DNA from: Candidatus Atribacteria bacterium
Lineage (GTDB): Bacteria > Atribacterota > Phoenicimicrobiia > Phoenicimicrobiales > Stramentimicrobiaceae
Direction of reading: 5' to 3'
Length of the DNA stretch: 64,000 nucleotides
Assembly: GCA_029556475.1 (NCBI GenBank)
Contig: JAKQEP010000007.1
Span: forward strand, 1,274 to 65,273
Numbering within the stretch: position 1 is the stretch's first letter; every line of letters begins with the position of its first letter. The translations under genes were made by a program, and so were the position numbers. The notes under the pieces were generated by a model. That model saw only the letters and a program-made list of their open reading frames with translations, did not search any database and was not told where the DNA came from. Of the stretch, positions 18,866 to 27,829 are shown in pieces.

Positions 18866-19546
18866 CTATTCCTTTTCTTCCTTTTTCTCCGCTTTTACTT
18901 CTTTATCTTTAACCTTTGCGTCAGCAGCCCCTTCTACTACTTCTTCTACCTCTTCTACAGCTTCCTCTTCCATTCTGCTGGGAGCAATAACTGAGGCAAC
19001 AGTGCGGTTAATATCAGTAATTAATTTTACACCCTTGGGCATAACAACATCCTGAAGGGTAATAACATCATTGAAACCCATTTCGCTGATATTAATAGTT
19101 ATTGCCTCCGGTGCATCAGCAGGCAAACATTCCACTTCTACCTCTCGCAAAGAGATATCCAGAATGCCGCCTTCTTTAATACCTTTGGGTTCCCCTTCTA
19201 AGATAAGAGGAAGTTCCAAAGTTACTTTCTCTTTCATGGTAACTCCGTAGAAATCAAAATGGTTGATTTTTTTCTTTAATGAGTTATACTGAAAATCTTT
19301 CATCAGCGCTAAACGGGTTATTTCTTTTTCATCCTCTGTTTTTATCTTTAAATCAATTATGCCATGGGCATGTTTTTTATCAGATAAAAAACGGAAGAGT
19401 TCTTTTTCTGGAATTTTCAATAGAATATTATCTTTATCATGAGGAGAATAAAAGATACCTGGAACATATCCATTATTTTTAAGTCTTTTACTCTCTTCTT
19501 TCCCGCTTTTCTCTCTGGTTTCTACCTGTAGTTGAATTCGTTTCAT
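18866..19546 (-). CDS. rplY: 50S ribosomal protein L25/general stress protein Ctc
   Basis: The Ctc-type L25 N-terminal domain begins MKRIQLQVETREKSGKEESKRLKNNGYVPGIFY, followed by an acidic/lysine-rich tail. I chose the start at 19546, which has gaggtg upstream, over the longer track ORF ending at 19606. Confidence 0.85.
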   Translation of the reverse strand: MKRIQLQVETREKSGKEESKRLKNNGYVPGIFYSPHDKDNILLKIPEKELFRFLSDKKHAHGIIDLKIKTEDEKEITRLALMKDFQYNSLKKKINHFDFYGVTMKEKVTLELPLILEGEPKGIKEGGILDISLREVEVECLPADAPEAITINISEMGFNDVITLQDVVMPKGVKLITDINRTVASVIAPSRMEEEAVEEVEEVVEGAADAKVKDKEVKAEKKEEKE

Positions 19547-19697
19547 AATTTGTTCACCTCGCAACAATTCTTTTTGCACAAATTTATTATTTTTAATTAA
19601 TATCAAATTATTATTATACTATATAAGTACAATACAATTAAAGTAATTTTTTAAATATTTTATTTGAACCATTTGAACTTAAACTCTTATCTAAATC

Positions 19698-20636
19698 TCA
19701 TCTAAATAAGGCACTAATGGATTGATTGAAATGAATGCGCTTGATGGCTTCGGCAAATAGTTTGGAAACTGATAATACTTTTATACAGGGTAGCTGTTTT
19801 TCAGGAGGAACCGGGATGGTATTGGTAACTACTATCTCCTGAAATAAACGTTCCTGCCATTGCTTCTCCAGGCGCTCCCGAGCTGGATTGGCAAAAATGG
19901 GATGTGTAGCGCAAACAAACACCTCTTTAGCTCCGGCTTCCATTAACGCCTGACTTCCCTTTATAATAGAGCCCGCAGTATCAATCATATCATCCACTAT
20001 AATAGCAGTTCTGTTTTTGACATTCCCAACTATATGCATAATTTCAACACTGGTTTCAGAAGACCTGTATTTGTCAATAATAGCTATGGGCTTATCTAAA
20101 TAGCCGGCAAAATTCCTGGCTCGTGCTGTTCCCCCTACATCGGGAGACACCACTACCACTTTTGATAGATCCTTCGTTTTAAAATAATCTGCCAATATGG
20201 GCGCAGCCTCTAAATGGTCAACAGGAATATCAAAAAAACCCTGTATCTGTCCAGCATGCAAATCCATAGTTAAAATACGAACAGCACCTGCTTTTACCAA
20301 TAAATTGGCAATTAACTTTGCAGTGATCGGTTCTCTGGGGCGGGTCTTTCTATCCTGCCTGGCATAACTGTAATAAGGTATTACAGCAGTGATTCTACCA
20401 GCTGAAGCGCGATGCAGCGCATCAATCATCACTAGTAACTCCATCAGGTGATCATGAACCGGATGACAGGTAGGCTGAATTACAAATACATCCAGTCCCC
20501 TGACATTATCATCAATTTTTACCTGTATTTCTCCGTCCGGAAATCTGGAAACTTTTGCTTTACCAAGTTCTGTTCCCAGATGTGCTACAATTTCCCTGGC
20601 TAATGGCAGATTAGCATTACCGGAAAAAATCTGCAT
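19698..20636 (-). CDS. prs: Ribose-phosphate pyrophosphokinase
   Basis: MQIFSGNANLPLAREI start and a PRPP-binding loop AIIVDDMIDTAGS. I chose the start at 20636, preceded by agagg, over 20660. Confidence 0.9.
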   Translation of the reverse strand: MQIFSGNANLPLAREIVAHLGTELGKAKVSRFPDGEIQVKIDDNVRGLDVFVIQPTCHPVHDHLMELLVMIDALHRASAGRITAVIPYYSYARQDRKTRPREPITAKLIANLLVKAGAVRILTMDLHAGQIQGFFDIPVDHLEAAPILADYFKTKDLSKVVVVSPDVGGTARARNFAGYLDKPIAIIDKYRSSETSVEIMHIVGNVKNRTAIIVDDMIDTAGSIIKGSQALMEAGAKEVFVCATHPIFANPARERLEKQWQERLFQEIVVTNTIPVPPEKQLPCIKVLSVSKLFAEAIKRIHFNQSISALFR

Positions 20637-20680
20637 GCCTCTATTGTCACATGCAATCAATTCTTTGCCTCCTTATCATT

Positions 20681-22087
20681 TCATTCTTTTTCTTTTTTTT
20701 TGTTTTGCTTTTTAATATTTTTCTTATCAACCCAGCCCACAATATTTTCCTGTCTGGCTCTGGCTATACCTAAGCTTCGGGGAGGAACATTACTGGTGAT
20801 GGTAGAACCGGCAGCAGTATAAGAATCTTTGCCAATAATTACCGGGGCAACCAGAGAATTATTGCTGCCAATGAATACTCCGTCTTCAATAGTGGTGGTA
20901 TTCTTTCTTATACCGTCATAATTACAGGTTATAGTACCAGCTCCAATGTTCACCTTTTTCCCTAAAGTTGCATCTCCCAGATAAGTAAGATGACTGACTC
21001 TGGTACCTTTATCAATAAATGCTTTCTTAATTTCTACGTAGTTGCCTATTTTTACTTCATCTCCAATAACGCTTTCAGGTCTGATATGGGCATAAGGTCC
21101 AATCGAGGTATTGCTGCCAATTTGACTGTGCTCAATCATAGAAGATAAAACCCTGGTTTGGTCTGCAATATGGCTTTCTACAATATAGGAATATGGACCA
21201 ATGTGGCAATTGCTTCCTATACGACTGCCAGCAGTAATAATGGTGAAGGGGAAAATAGTAGTTCCTCTACCTATTTGCACATCACTTTCCAGAAAAGTGT
21301 TATCTGGGGAAATAATAGTAACCCCTTTTTCCATATGTTCTAAAGCATTTTTTTGATATACCAGATTGTTAATCTGGGAAAGCTCCTGTTGAGTATTTAT
21401 GCCCCTTATTTCAGCAGGGTCTTCTACAGTAATACTTTCAATAGAACTTCCCTTATCTCTCATTATTTTAATAACATCTGTTAAATAATACTCTTTTTGC
21501 TCATTATCTCGCTTCACTGAAGTCAGCGCTGTAAATAGTTCTTTACTGTCAAAACAGTATATTCCCCCGTTAATTTCATTTATCTGCCCCTCTTCTTCAC
21601 TTAAATCGCTCTGTTCTTTAATTTCTACCACTTCATTAAATTTGTTTCGTATTATTCTGCCATATCCCTTTGGATTTTCTAATTTTGCAGTTAACAGAGT
21701 ACAACAGGCTGAGCTGTTCTTATGATGTGTAATGATTTTTTGTAGAGTGGCCATTTTCAATAGTGGAATATCTGCATATAAAACTAACAGTACACCATAA
21801 AAATCAGTTAGATATGGTTCTGCTTCCATTAATGCCTGAGCAGTACCAAGCTGCTCTTTCTGATGAACGCAAATAATATCCCGGTCGATACTGTTAACTG
21901 ATTCTTTAATTTTTTCAATTTGATTACCAAGCACTAAAATTTTCTTTTCGATTCCCAAAGATTTAAGCAGGTCTAAAGAATAAAAAAGCATTGGCTTCCC
22001 TGCCACCGGGTGTAGAACTTTGGGAAGTGGGGATTCCATTCTTTTTCCCTGACCGGCTGCTAAAATTACCGATGCAATAGCACTCAT
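20681..22087 (-). CDS. glmU: Bifunctional UDP-N-acetylglucosamine pyrophosphorylase / glucosamine-1-phosphate acetyltransferase GlmU
   Basis: N-terminal LAAGQGKRM nucleotidyltransferase motif and C-terminal left-handed beta-helix hexapeptide repeats. 468 aa. Confidence 0.9.
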   Translation of the reverse strand: MSAIASVILAAGQGKRMESPLPKVLHPVAGKPMLFYSLDLLKSLGIEKKILVLGNQIEKIKESVNSIDRDIICVHQKEQLGTAQALMEAEPYLTDFYGVLLVLYADIPLLKMATLQKIITHHKNSSACCTLLTAKLENPKGYGRIIRNKFNEVVEIKEQSDLSEEEGQINEINGGIYCFDSKELFTALTSVKRDNEQKEYYLTDVIKIMRDKGSSIESITVEDPAEIRGINTQQELSQINNLVYQKNALEHMEKGVTIISPDNTFLESDVQIGRGTTIFPFTIITAGSRIGSNCHIGPYSYIVESHIADQTRVLSSMIEHSQIGSNTSIGPYAHIRPESVIGDEVKIGNYVEIKKAFIDKGTRVSHLTYLGDATLGKKVNIGAGTITCNYDGIRKNTTTIEDGVFIGSNNSLVAPVIIGKDSYTAAGSTITSNVPPRSLGIARARQENIVGWVDKKNIKKQNKKKEKE

Positions 22088-22199
22088 CTTATTATCCTGC
22101 CAAAAATATTATGAAATTTTTTGAAAAAGAAATTTAGAGACTGGGGTTAAAATATTTTATAAATTATATAAAATCGGACAAATAAAAATAAAAAGTATC

Positions 22200-22273
22200 T
22201 GGCTGGGGTGGAAGGATTCGAACCTTCGGTGAGGGAGCCAAAGTCCCTTGCCTTACCTCTTGGCTACACCCCA
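22200..22273 (-). tRNA. tRNA-Gln (anticodon UUG), CCA encoded
   Basis: Hand-folded cloverleaf: acceptor TGGGGTG/CACCCCA, anticodon arm AGGGA-CTTTGGC-TCCCT, T arm GAAGG-TTCGAAT-CCTTC. Confidence 0.85.
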
Positions 22274-22377
22274 ATGACAAGGCAGGATATGACCCGCAAT
22301 AATAGAAAATAAAGCTCCGCAATATCGCTTTAGACTTCTAACTTCTACATAAAGGCATAATGATAAAGGTGTTTCTT

Positions 22378-22418
22378 GATCATTGCGAACTACCCATAGT
22401 CAGCATGGCAATCTCATA
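22378..22418 (-). repeat. Solo copy of the conserved-flank hairpin module (reverse orientation)
   Basis: The reverse complement reads atgagattgcc-atgctgactatgggtagt-tcgcaatgatcaag. Confidence 0.7.
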
Positions 22419-22517
22419 CATTGTTGCCTATTACCTTTTTTCTTGGTATTTTATCAAAAATATAAACAATAAACTTCTCTTTATTTCAGTATAAATGGAT
22501 GATGTTATTCAGAAAAG

Positions 22518-22566
22518 TATATTTTGGTGTTTTAAAATTGTAAATATACAAATACACCAAAATATA
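22518..22566 (-). terminator. 13-bp perfect inverted repeat, possible spoVG terminator
   Basis: tatattttggtgt (22518-22530) pairs with acaccaaaatata (22554-22566) around a 23-nt loop. On the minus strand it is followed by cttttctg. The stem is AT-rich, so this is tentative. Confidence 0.35.
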
Positions 22567-22752
22567 CTCGTTTCCCGCTGGAGTTTACAGTCAGGAGAAT
22601 CACTGATTTTTACTAAAAAGGGCTGTTTTATATTTCAATTATGTCCCCTCTTATCCTCCTGACTAATTCAGATTAATTTCAACAGCTAATACCATATTAA
22701 ATTAATAATTCAATATTTCAAGTAAATTCAAGCTAATTATTTATTATTCGAT

Positions 22753-23088
22753 TCACTCTAAATCTTCTGAAAGCTCAGTGCTACTGCCCTCTGCTTCTTC
22801 CACTTCCGAGTGTTCTACACTAACATTTGCATCCCGTTCAGAGGCCTCATATTCCTTTAATACAGCAGATTGAATCTTTTCTCTGACTTCTGTATTTATA
22901 GGGTGAGCTATGTCCTTATGGTTTCCATTGGGTAGGAGTTTGCTGGGCATAGCAACAAACATACCCTTTCTTCCATCAATAATCCTCAAATCATGTACCA
23001 CAAAGGAATCATCAAAAGTAATGGATACATATGCTCTCAATTTCCCATCAGTCTGTATTTTTCTAATTCTAACATCAGTAACTTGCAC
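22753..23088 (-). CDS. spoVG: Septation/regulatory protein SpoVG
   Basis: (GTG)[48 protein letters not shown] is a very typical SpoVG N-terminus. GTG start with ggcggtg upstream. Confidence 0.9.
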   Translation of the reverse strand: MQVTDVRIRKIQTDGKLRAYVSITFDDSFVVHDLRIIDGRKGMFVAMPSKLLPNGNHKDIAHPINTEVREKIQSAVLKEYEASERDANVSVEHSEVEEAEGSSTELSEDLE

Positions 23089-23314
23089 TTGCTTACACCG
23101 CCTTTTCCTTTTTTGTTTTTTCTATTATCTAGTTATTGCCTACAAATCCACACCAACATTAAAATAATGTCTAAAACACATTAAGAAAACAAATTATTTC
23201 CTTCCAAAATTCAACATAATACTCTCCCATTGCTACATATTTTCATTTACCTCCTGTTATATATCGCATTTTAGCAAGTATTATATCATTTTAACCTATC
23301 AGATATCTTCATTA

Positions 23315-23348
23315 TCAAAAAATAAACACAGCAAAGAATATTGCTGTG
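23315..23348 (-). terminator. Rho-independent terminator
   Basis: Stem cacagcaa (23327-23334) / ttgctgtg (23341-23348). On the minus strand it is followed by TTTATTTTTT. Confidence 0.75.
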
Positions 23349-23576
23349 CTAAAAATAATCCATATTCATTAACCAGCTTAAAATAATACCCTACTCTTAC
23401 TGTGGCAATCAAATATTTTTGTGCTAACATATTACCTAATTCTCAAAGTCATTCCTTTTTCAGAGCTTGTCAAATTTTAGCATGTAAAATAGTTATTTGT
23501 CAAAAAACTTTTATTTTTCTATATTTTTTTACTGGATTTACACAGTATTAATAATTTTAAAAATATTTAATATGAA

Positions 23577-24473
23577 CTAGATTACTATAATTCCTTTTAA
23601 AGCTTTGGTGAGCCGGGATAAATCTTCTAAAGGCAGGGTCTCTCCTCTTCGATTTGGATTGATGCCAGAATCCTCAAATATGTTTTCAAGCAGGTTTTCT
23701 TGTAAACGTGTTCCAAAATATGATTTCAGGGCATTGATAAGGTTTTTTCTCCTGTATTGAAAAATAGCATGAACTATATCGAAAAACAGTTTTTCATCTA
23801 TTACTCTAATTCTCGGTTCTTCTAAAAAATGTATTCTGATAAGCATAGATTCAATCTTGGGTTTAGGGAAAAAAACATCTGGCTTTATCAGACGGATTTT
23901 TTCAGTCTCGGTATAATAATTGAATAATACTGATAGTAACCCATATTCTTTACTGCCGGGTTTTGCCAGTATACGGTCTGATACTTCTTTCTGTACTACT
24001 ATTACGGCAATTTTTAACAGGCTCCTTATCTCTATAATCTTTTTTAACAAGGGGAAAGAGATGGAATAAGGCAAATTACCAACCAATTTTTCGATAGGGG
24101 AGCCATCATCTCTTTTTTGGTTCAGAAATTGGGCTAAATCAAAAGTTAAGATATTCTGATATATTACCGTAACAACATTATTATAAGGAGAGAAGATATC
24201 ATCTAATATTGGTTTAAGCCTGGTATCTCTTTCTATTGAAAAAATATGCCTTACCAGTGGAATCAAAGAGAGGGTGAGTCCTCCCAATCCGGTGCCGATT
24301 TCAAATAAAGCTTCCTCTTTTTCTAAATTTAAAGTATTGACAATAATATTTTTTATATTATTGTCAATTAAAAAATTTTGACCTAATTTCTTTCGGGGGC
24401 TGATTTTATATTTTTCCAGATATTCTCTTAATTTTTTAAGGGGGAGAGCAGGGATGGATGGGATTTCTGGCAT
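23577..24473 (-). CDS. rsmA: 16S rRNA (adenine1518/1519-N6)-dimethyltransferase RsmA/KsgA
   Basis: KKLGQNFLID motif, SAM-binding EIGTGLGGLT and NLPYSIS motif. Confidence 0.9.
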   Translation of the reverse strand: MPEIPSIPALPLKKLREYLEKYKISPRKKLGQNFLIDNNIKNIIVNTLNLEKEEALFEIGTGLGGLTLSLIPLVRHIFSIERDTRLKPILDDIFSPYNNVVTVIYQNILTFDLAQFLNQKRDDGSPIEKLVGNLPYSISFPLLKKIIEIRSLLKIAVIVVQKEVSDRILAKPGSKEYGLLSVLFNYYTETEKIRLIKPDVFFPKPKIESMLIRIHFLEEPRIRVIDEKLFFDIVHAIFQYRRKNLINALKSYFGTRLQENLLENIFEDSGINPNRRGETLPLEDLSRLTKALKGIIVI

Positions 24474-24580
24474 AAATTTCTTATTACCTCAATACATTCG
24501 GGAACGAATCTCTCTAAATCATTTTTATTATTTTTAAACTTATTCTTAATATCTAAGGGTTCTTCCTTGCTGAAAAGGAG

Positions 24581-24656
24581 TGGAGCCGGTGATCTGAGTC
24601 GAACAGACAACCTACGGATTACGATTCCGTTGCTCTGCCAATTGAGCTACACCGGC
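24581..24656 (-). tRNA. tRNA-Thr (anticodon CGU), CCA encoded
   Basis: 76-nt cloverleaf: acceptor GCCGGTG/CACCGGC, D arm GCTC-AATTGGCA-GAGC, anticodon arm ACGGA-ATCGTAA-TCCGT, T arm GTCTG-TTCGACT-CAGAT. Confidence 0.9.
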
Positions 24657-25345
24657 TCGTTATCTAACATTAATTTAAGCAAGAAAATTGTATCCTCTTT
24701 AAGTTTAGACTTAACCCAGGCTTTTTGTTTTTCATTTACCAATTCGCCTATTCCAGATAAAATACCACGCGTAGGTATTTCTTCCACAAATTTAATACAT
24801 TTTTTTAAATAATCAGCAAATCTCATTTTTGTCCTTTTTTCTATAATTGCTCTATTTATCTCCCAATCAGACTTAAGAAAATAATGTATGTCAAAAATAT
24901 CACGATTAGCTATTTTTCCACGTTCAGTCAGAGCAACTAATTTGTGAGCAAACATATCTTCTCTCCTTATAACCAACATAGAAATACCGAGATAATTTTT
25001 AACTTCATATTGCGAATTGAAGCTTCTTTTATTGATTTCAATTTTAATATTTTGTGCTTCTTCTGAATAAGAAAGTAGAAAAAAGAGAGTATTTCTTTTG
25101 TTTGTTTTTTCTTTAATTGTGCCATATTCCCTGGCTATTTCTTCTACTTTCTTGAAAACTTCCTGCTCCTTAACTTTTTTCAATAAATCAAAATCAAGAT
25201 CAACGGAAAAACGATCCAATCCGTAAAAAAGATATGCAGCTGTGCCACCTTTGAAACCCAAAAGAGGGCCAAGTGAACCATCTGTATAGATATCTTTTAG
25301 AATTTTAATCAAAATATTTTTATGAACTGTTATACCTAATGCCAT
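24647..25345 (-). CDS. AbiEii/AbiGii-family nucleotidyltransferase toxin (type IV TA, DUF1814)
   Basis: The N-terminal region LGFKGGTAAYLFYGLDRFSVDLDFDLL matches the AbiEii nucleotidyltransferase signature (GGTA...R.S.DLDF). It overlaps the upstream antitoxin-like gene by 26 nt. The last three sense codons and the TAG stop lie inside tRNA-Thr. Confidence 0.8.
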   Translation of the reverse strand: MALGITVHKNILIKILKDIYTDGSLGPLLGFKGGTAAYLFYGLDRFSVDLDFDLLKKVKEQEVFKKVEEIAREYGTIKEKTNKRNTLFFLLSYSEEAQNIKIEINKRSFNSQYEVKNYLGISMLVIRREDMFAHKLVALTERGKIANRDIFDIHYFLKSDWEINRAIIEKRTKMRFADYLKKCIKFVEEIPTRGILSGIGELVNEKQKAWVKSKLKEDTIFLLKLMLDNEPV

Positions 25346-25910
25346 ATCTTTTTAAAAAAGACTTAACTTCTTTCTCCATTCTTCTATTTGAATAAATGGG
25401 TAAAATTTCAAGAACCTTATTCCAATCCAAAACTGATAAATTATCAAAGGCATAATTTTTGTCTAAGTAAATTATATCCAGGAAAGCCCTTTCAGAAATA
25501 GCACCAAAATAATTATCTTTATACTCTATGCCGGCACTGTTAGTCAATATCGAATCTTTTATCTTTCTATAACGATAAGTTTGTCCATCTACCACTATCT
25601 CTCTACTTAAATATGAAGCGATAAATATTTGACCATAATGCTGGAAAGTAACACCTGCCTTACCCAGGATAGTTTCAAAACTAAGGTATGAAGGATTATA
25701 GATTTTAATAGCTAACTCATATTTGTTATAGTTTTTATCTTTTGCATAGAATCCTTTTCTTATCGAATATAGTTTACCCGCCTTAACATAACGATATATT
25801 CTCTTTTTAACAAGTCTGGTGTTCGATTCCTCCCAGAGCAAAGCAATATCCTTGGTAGAAAAAACAGTATTATTACTATGGTATAAGCCTAAAATCATAG
25901 CTTTTTTCAT
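25320..25910 (-). CDS. AbiEi-like antitoxin / transcriptional regulator (type IV TA)
   Basis: 196 aa, upstream of and overlapping the AbiEii gene. The N-terminal part is winged-helix-like (VFSTKDIALLWEESNTRLVKKRIYRYVKAGKLYSIRKGFY). The call rests mainly on context and architecture. Confidence 0.65.
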   Translation of the reverse strand: MKKAMILGLYHSNNTVFSTKDIALLWEESNTRLVKKRIYRYVKAGKLYSIRKGFYAKDKNYNKYELAIKIYNPSYLSFETILGKAGVTFQHYGQIFIASYLSREIVVDGQTYRYRKIKDSILTNSAGIEYKDNYFGAISERAFLDIIYLDKNYAFDNLSVLDWNKVLEILPIYSNRRMEKEVKSFLKRYGIRYNSS

Positions 25911-25954
25911 ATATATGAACCAATGGCACCCTTTATTGTCTACTTATAGTTTAA

Positions 25955-25996
25955 ATTATAATAAATATAGTGTCAAGTCACAAATTGATGCATCAA
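25955..25996 (-). promoter_or_regulatory. Candidate abiE promoter with adjacent 12-bp palindrome (possible AbiEi operator)
   Basis: On the minus strand: TTGTGA (25983-25978), a 17-nt spacer, then TATAAT (25960-25955). A perfect palindrome ttgatgcatcaa (25985-25996) abuts the -35 element. Confidence 0.4.
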
Positions 25997-26146
25997 TCAT
26001 AACTGTTAATACCAAATAACATTTACCTTAAATAATCAAATCTTACAATTTAACCAGTTTGATAAATTTACCCGAATAAGTATTAATAGTTCTTCCACTC
26101 ATTCAATAAGTGTTAGAATAGCAACAATTCTTTGAGAAGGATTTTT

Positions 26147-26180
26147 ACAAAAAATAGCAAGGGTCCTAGGGAACCCTTGC
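26147..26180 (-). terminator. Rho-independent terminator after the amidohydrolase gene
   Basis: Stem gcaagggt (26157-26164) / acccttgc (26173-26180). On the minus strand it is followed by TATTTTTTGT. Confidence 0.75.
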
Positions 26181-26255
26181 TCATAATGAAACAAAAACAA
26201 TTTTATTCTAATACTGAGTAATGTTCTTGTTATAGAAATAAATTAATAATAATAT

Positions 26256-27641
26256 TTATTTATTTCTGTTCAGTTTAATTATTTTTCCATAACCGGGGTT
26301 AACTTTGATTTCTCCCAGTTCATAGACTACCTGACCCCTGACTATAGTCTTTTCAGGTTGCCCATAGACTTCCCAGCCATCATAAACAACTGCACTATCC
26401 CTGCACTTGGTAAACATCTTCTCTTTATCAATAACCCCTTTTTTATGGGGGTCAATAATTACCAGATCGGCATCAGAGCCGGGCATAAGAACTCCCTTTT
26501 GAGGATATAAACCAAATATACGAGCAGGATTTTCACTGATTAAATGAACCATTTGCTCTAATTCCAGTTTTCCTTCTTTTACCGCGGTATACATTAAGGG
26601 CAGACGGGTAGATAAACCCGGGAACCCGGCAGGTGGAACAAAAATATCATCTTTCCCCTTTTCTTTCTCTTCTTTAGTATAGGGGGCATGGTCACTTCCT
26701 ATAAAATCAAAATAATCATTGGACAGATATTCCCACATTTTCTTTCGTTCTTCTTCTGACCTGACCGGGGGATTACATTTGGCAAAAGCTCCAAACTTTA
26801 TTAAAGCATCTTCATTTAAAAATAAATAATGGGGACAGGTTTCCGCTATGGCATACACCCCTTTTGCCTTAGCCTGTCTGACCAATTCAGCAGCTTCAGG
26901 AGTGCTGATATGGGCAATTTCCACTTTTGCTCCGGTTTTTTCTGCAAAAAGGAGAATTTTTGCAGTAGTTTCTATTTCAACTACCGGGGGGCGAGAACGT
27001 TCGTGGTAGATGGGAGAAACCTTTCCCTCTTTTTTTAGTCGACTGATATTTTTTTTAATCATATCATTATTTTCAGCGTGGAAAGCGGTAATCAAATCAG
27101 TATTGGCCAGGATTTCCATCAGTTCGTACTGGTCACCGGTATCAGGAGCAGTCAGGCCAATAAACTCTCCCTCTCTTCCGGCAGGGGCTTCGTGTAAAAA
27201 AGTTTTAAAGCCAACAATACCGGACTTAGAACAGGGAATAATGAATTCTTTTTTATCAATTCCAGCTGCACCAAAGAAGGCTATATCTACTACAGCTTCT
27301 TTTTCAGCCAAAGCCATCCTGTTCTGTACAATTTCAGGAGAATAAGGAGGAGGAGAAGAAATGGGCATTTCTAAAATGGTGGTCACCCCACCCAGGGCAG
27401 CCTCCTGTGTACCGGAAAGAAAGGTTTCTCTGTATTCATGTCCTGGAGCTCTGAGGTGCACATGGGGGTCAATGGTTCCAGGTAAGACCAGTTTATCCTG
27501 AGCATCAATTATCACATCCCCTTTTAGCTCATCAGTACTTATGGTGACTATAACCCCACCCTTTATGCCCATATTACAGTTCATTAAATGGTCATTAACG
27601 TACATCTGATTGGAACGTACTACCAAATCATATTTTTCCAT
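26256..27641 (-). CDS. Cyclic amidohydrolase of the allantoinase/hydantoinase/dihydroorotase superfamily
   Basis: Metal-binding DPHVHLRAPG and a carboxylated-lysine context GIVGFKTFL. The 461-aa length and the EMP...SPP segment look more allantoinase/hydantoinase-like than class-I PyrC. The substrate cannot be called from sequence alone. Confidence 0.75.
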   Translation of the reverse strand: MEKYDLVVRSNQMYVNDHLMNCNMGIKGGVIVTISTDELKGDVIIDAQDKLVLPGTIDPHVHLRAPGHEYRETFLSGTQEAALGGVTTILEMPISSPPPYSPEIVQNRMALAEKEAVVDIAFFGAAGIDKKEFIIPCSKSGIVGFKTFLHEAPAGREGEFIGLTAPDTGDQYELMEILANTDLITAFHAENNDMIKKNISRLKKEGKVSPIYHERSRPPVVEIETTAKILLFAEKTGAKVEIAHISTPEAAELVRQAKAKGVYAIAETCPHYLFLNEDALIKFGAFAKCNPPVRSEEERKKMWEYLSNDYFDFIGSDHAPYTKEEKEKGKDDIFVPPAGFPGLSTRLPLMYTAVKEGKLELEQMVHLISENPARIFGLYPQKGVLMPGSDADLVIIDPHKKGVIDKEKMFTKCRDSAVVYDGWEVYGQPEKTIVRGQVVYELGEIKVNPGYGKIIKLNRNK

Positions 27642-27829
27642 AAATAATCTTCTCCTTCAAAAAAAATATAAAACAACTATCCCTTCAATATCATCCTATT
27701 TTACTACTTGAATTCTTTCCAATACTTATGGTAAAGTACTTTTTTATCCCTCTAAGCCCCTATTTACAACCCAATAGCGTGAATGGGGGGATACAGCTCA
27801 ACTGTAGCACATTATTATATTGTTGAATA

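Noticed and set aside
24581-26250. AbiE cassette as a tRNA-targeted integrative island
   Set aside because: No integrase or recombinase is present. I could find no direct repeat of the tRNA-Thr sequence in 25911-26250. The cassette lies on the 5-prime side of the tRNA rather than the usual 3-prime side. I kept only the overlap observation.
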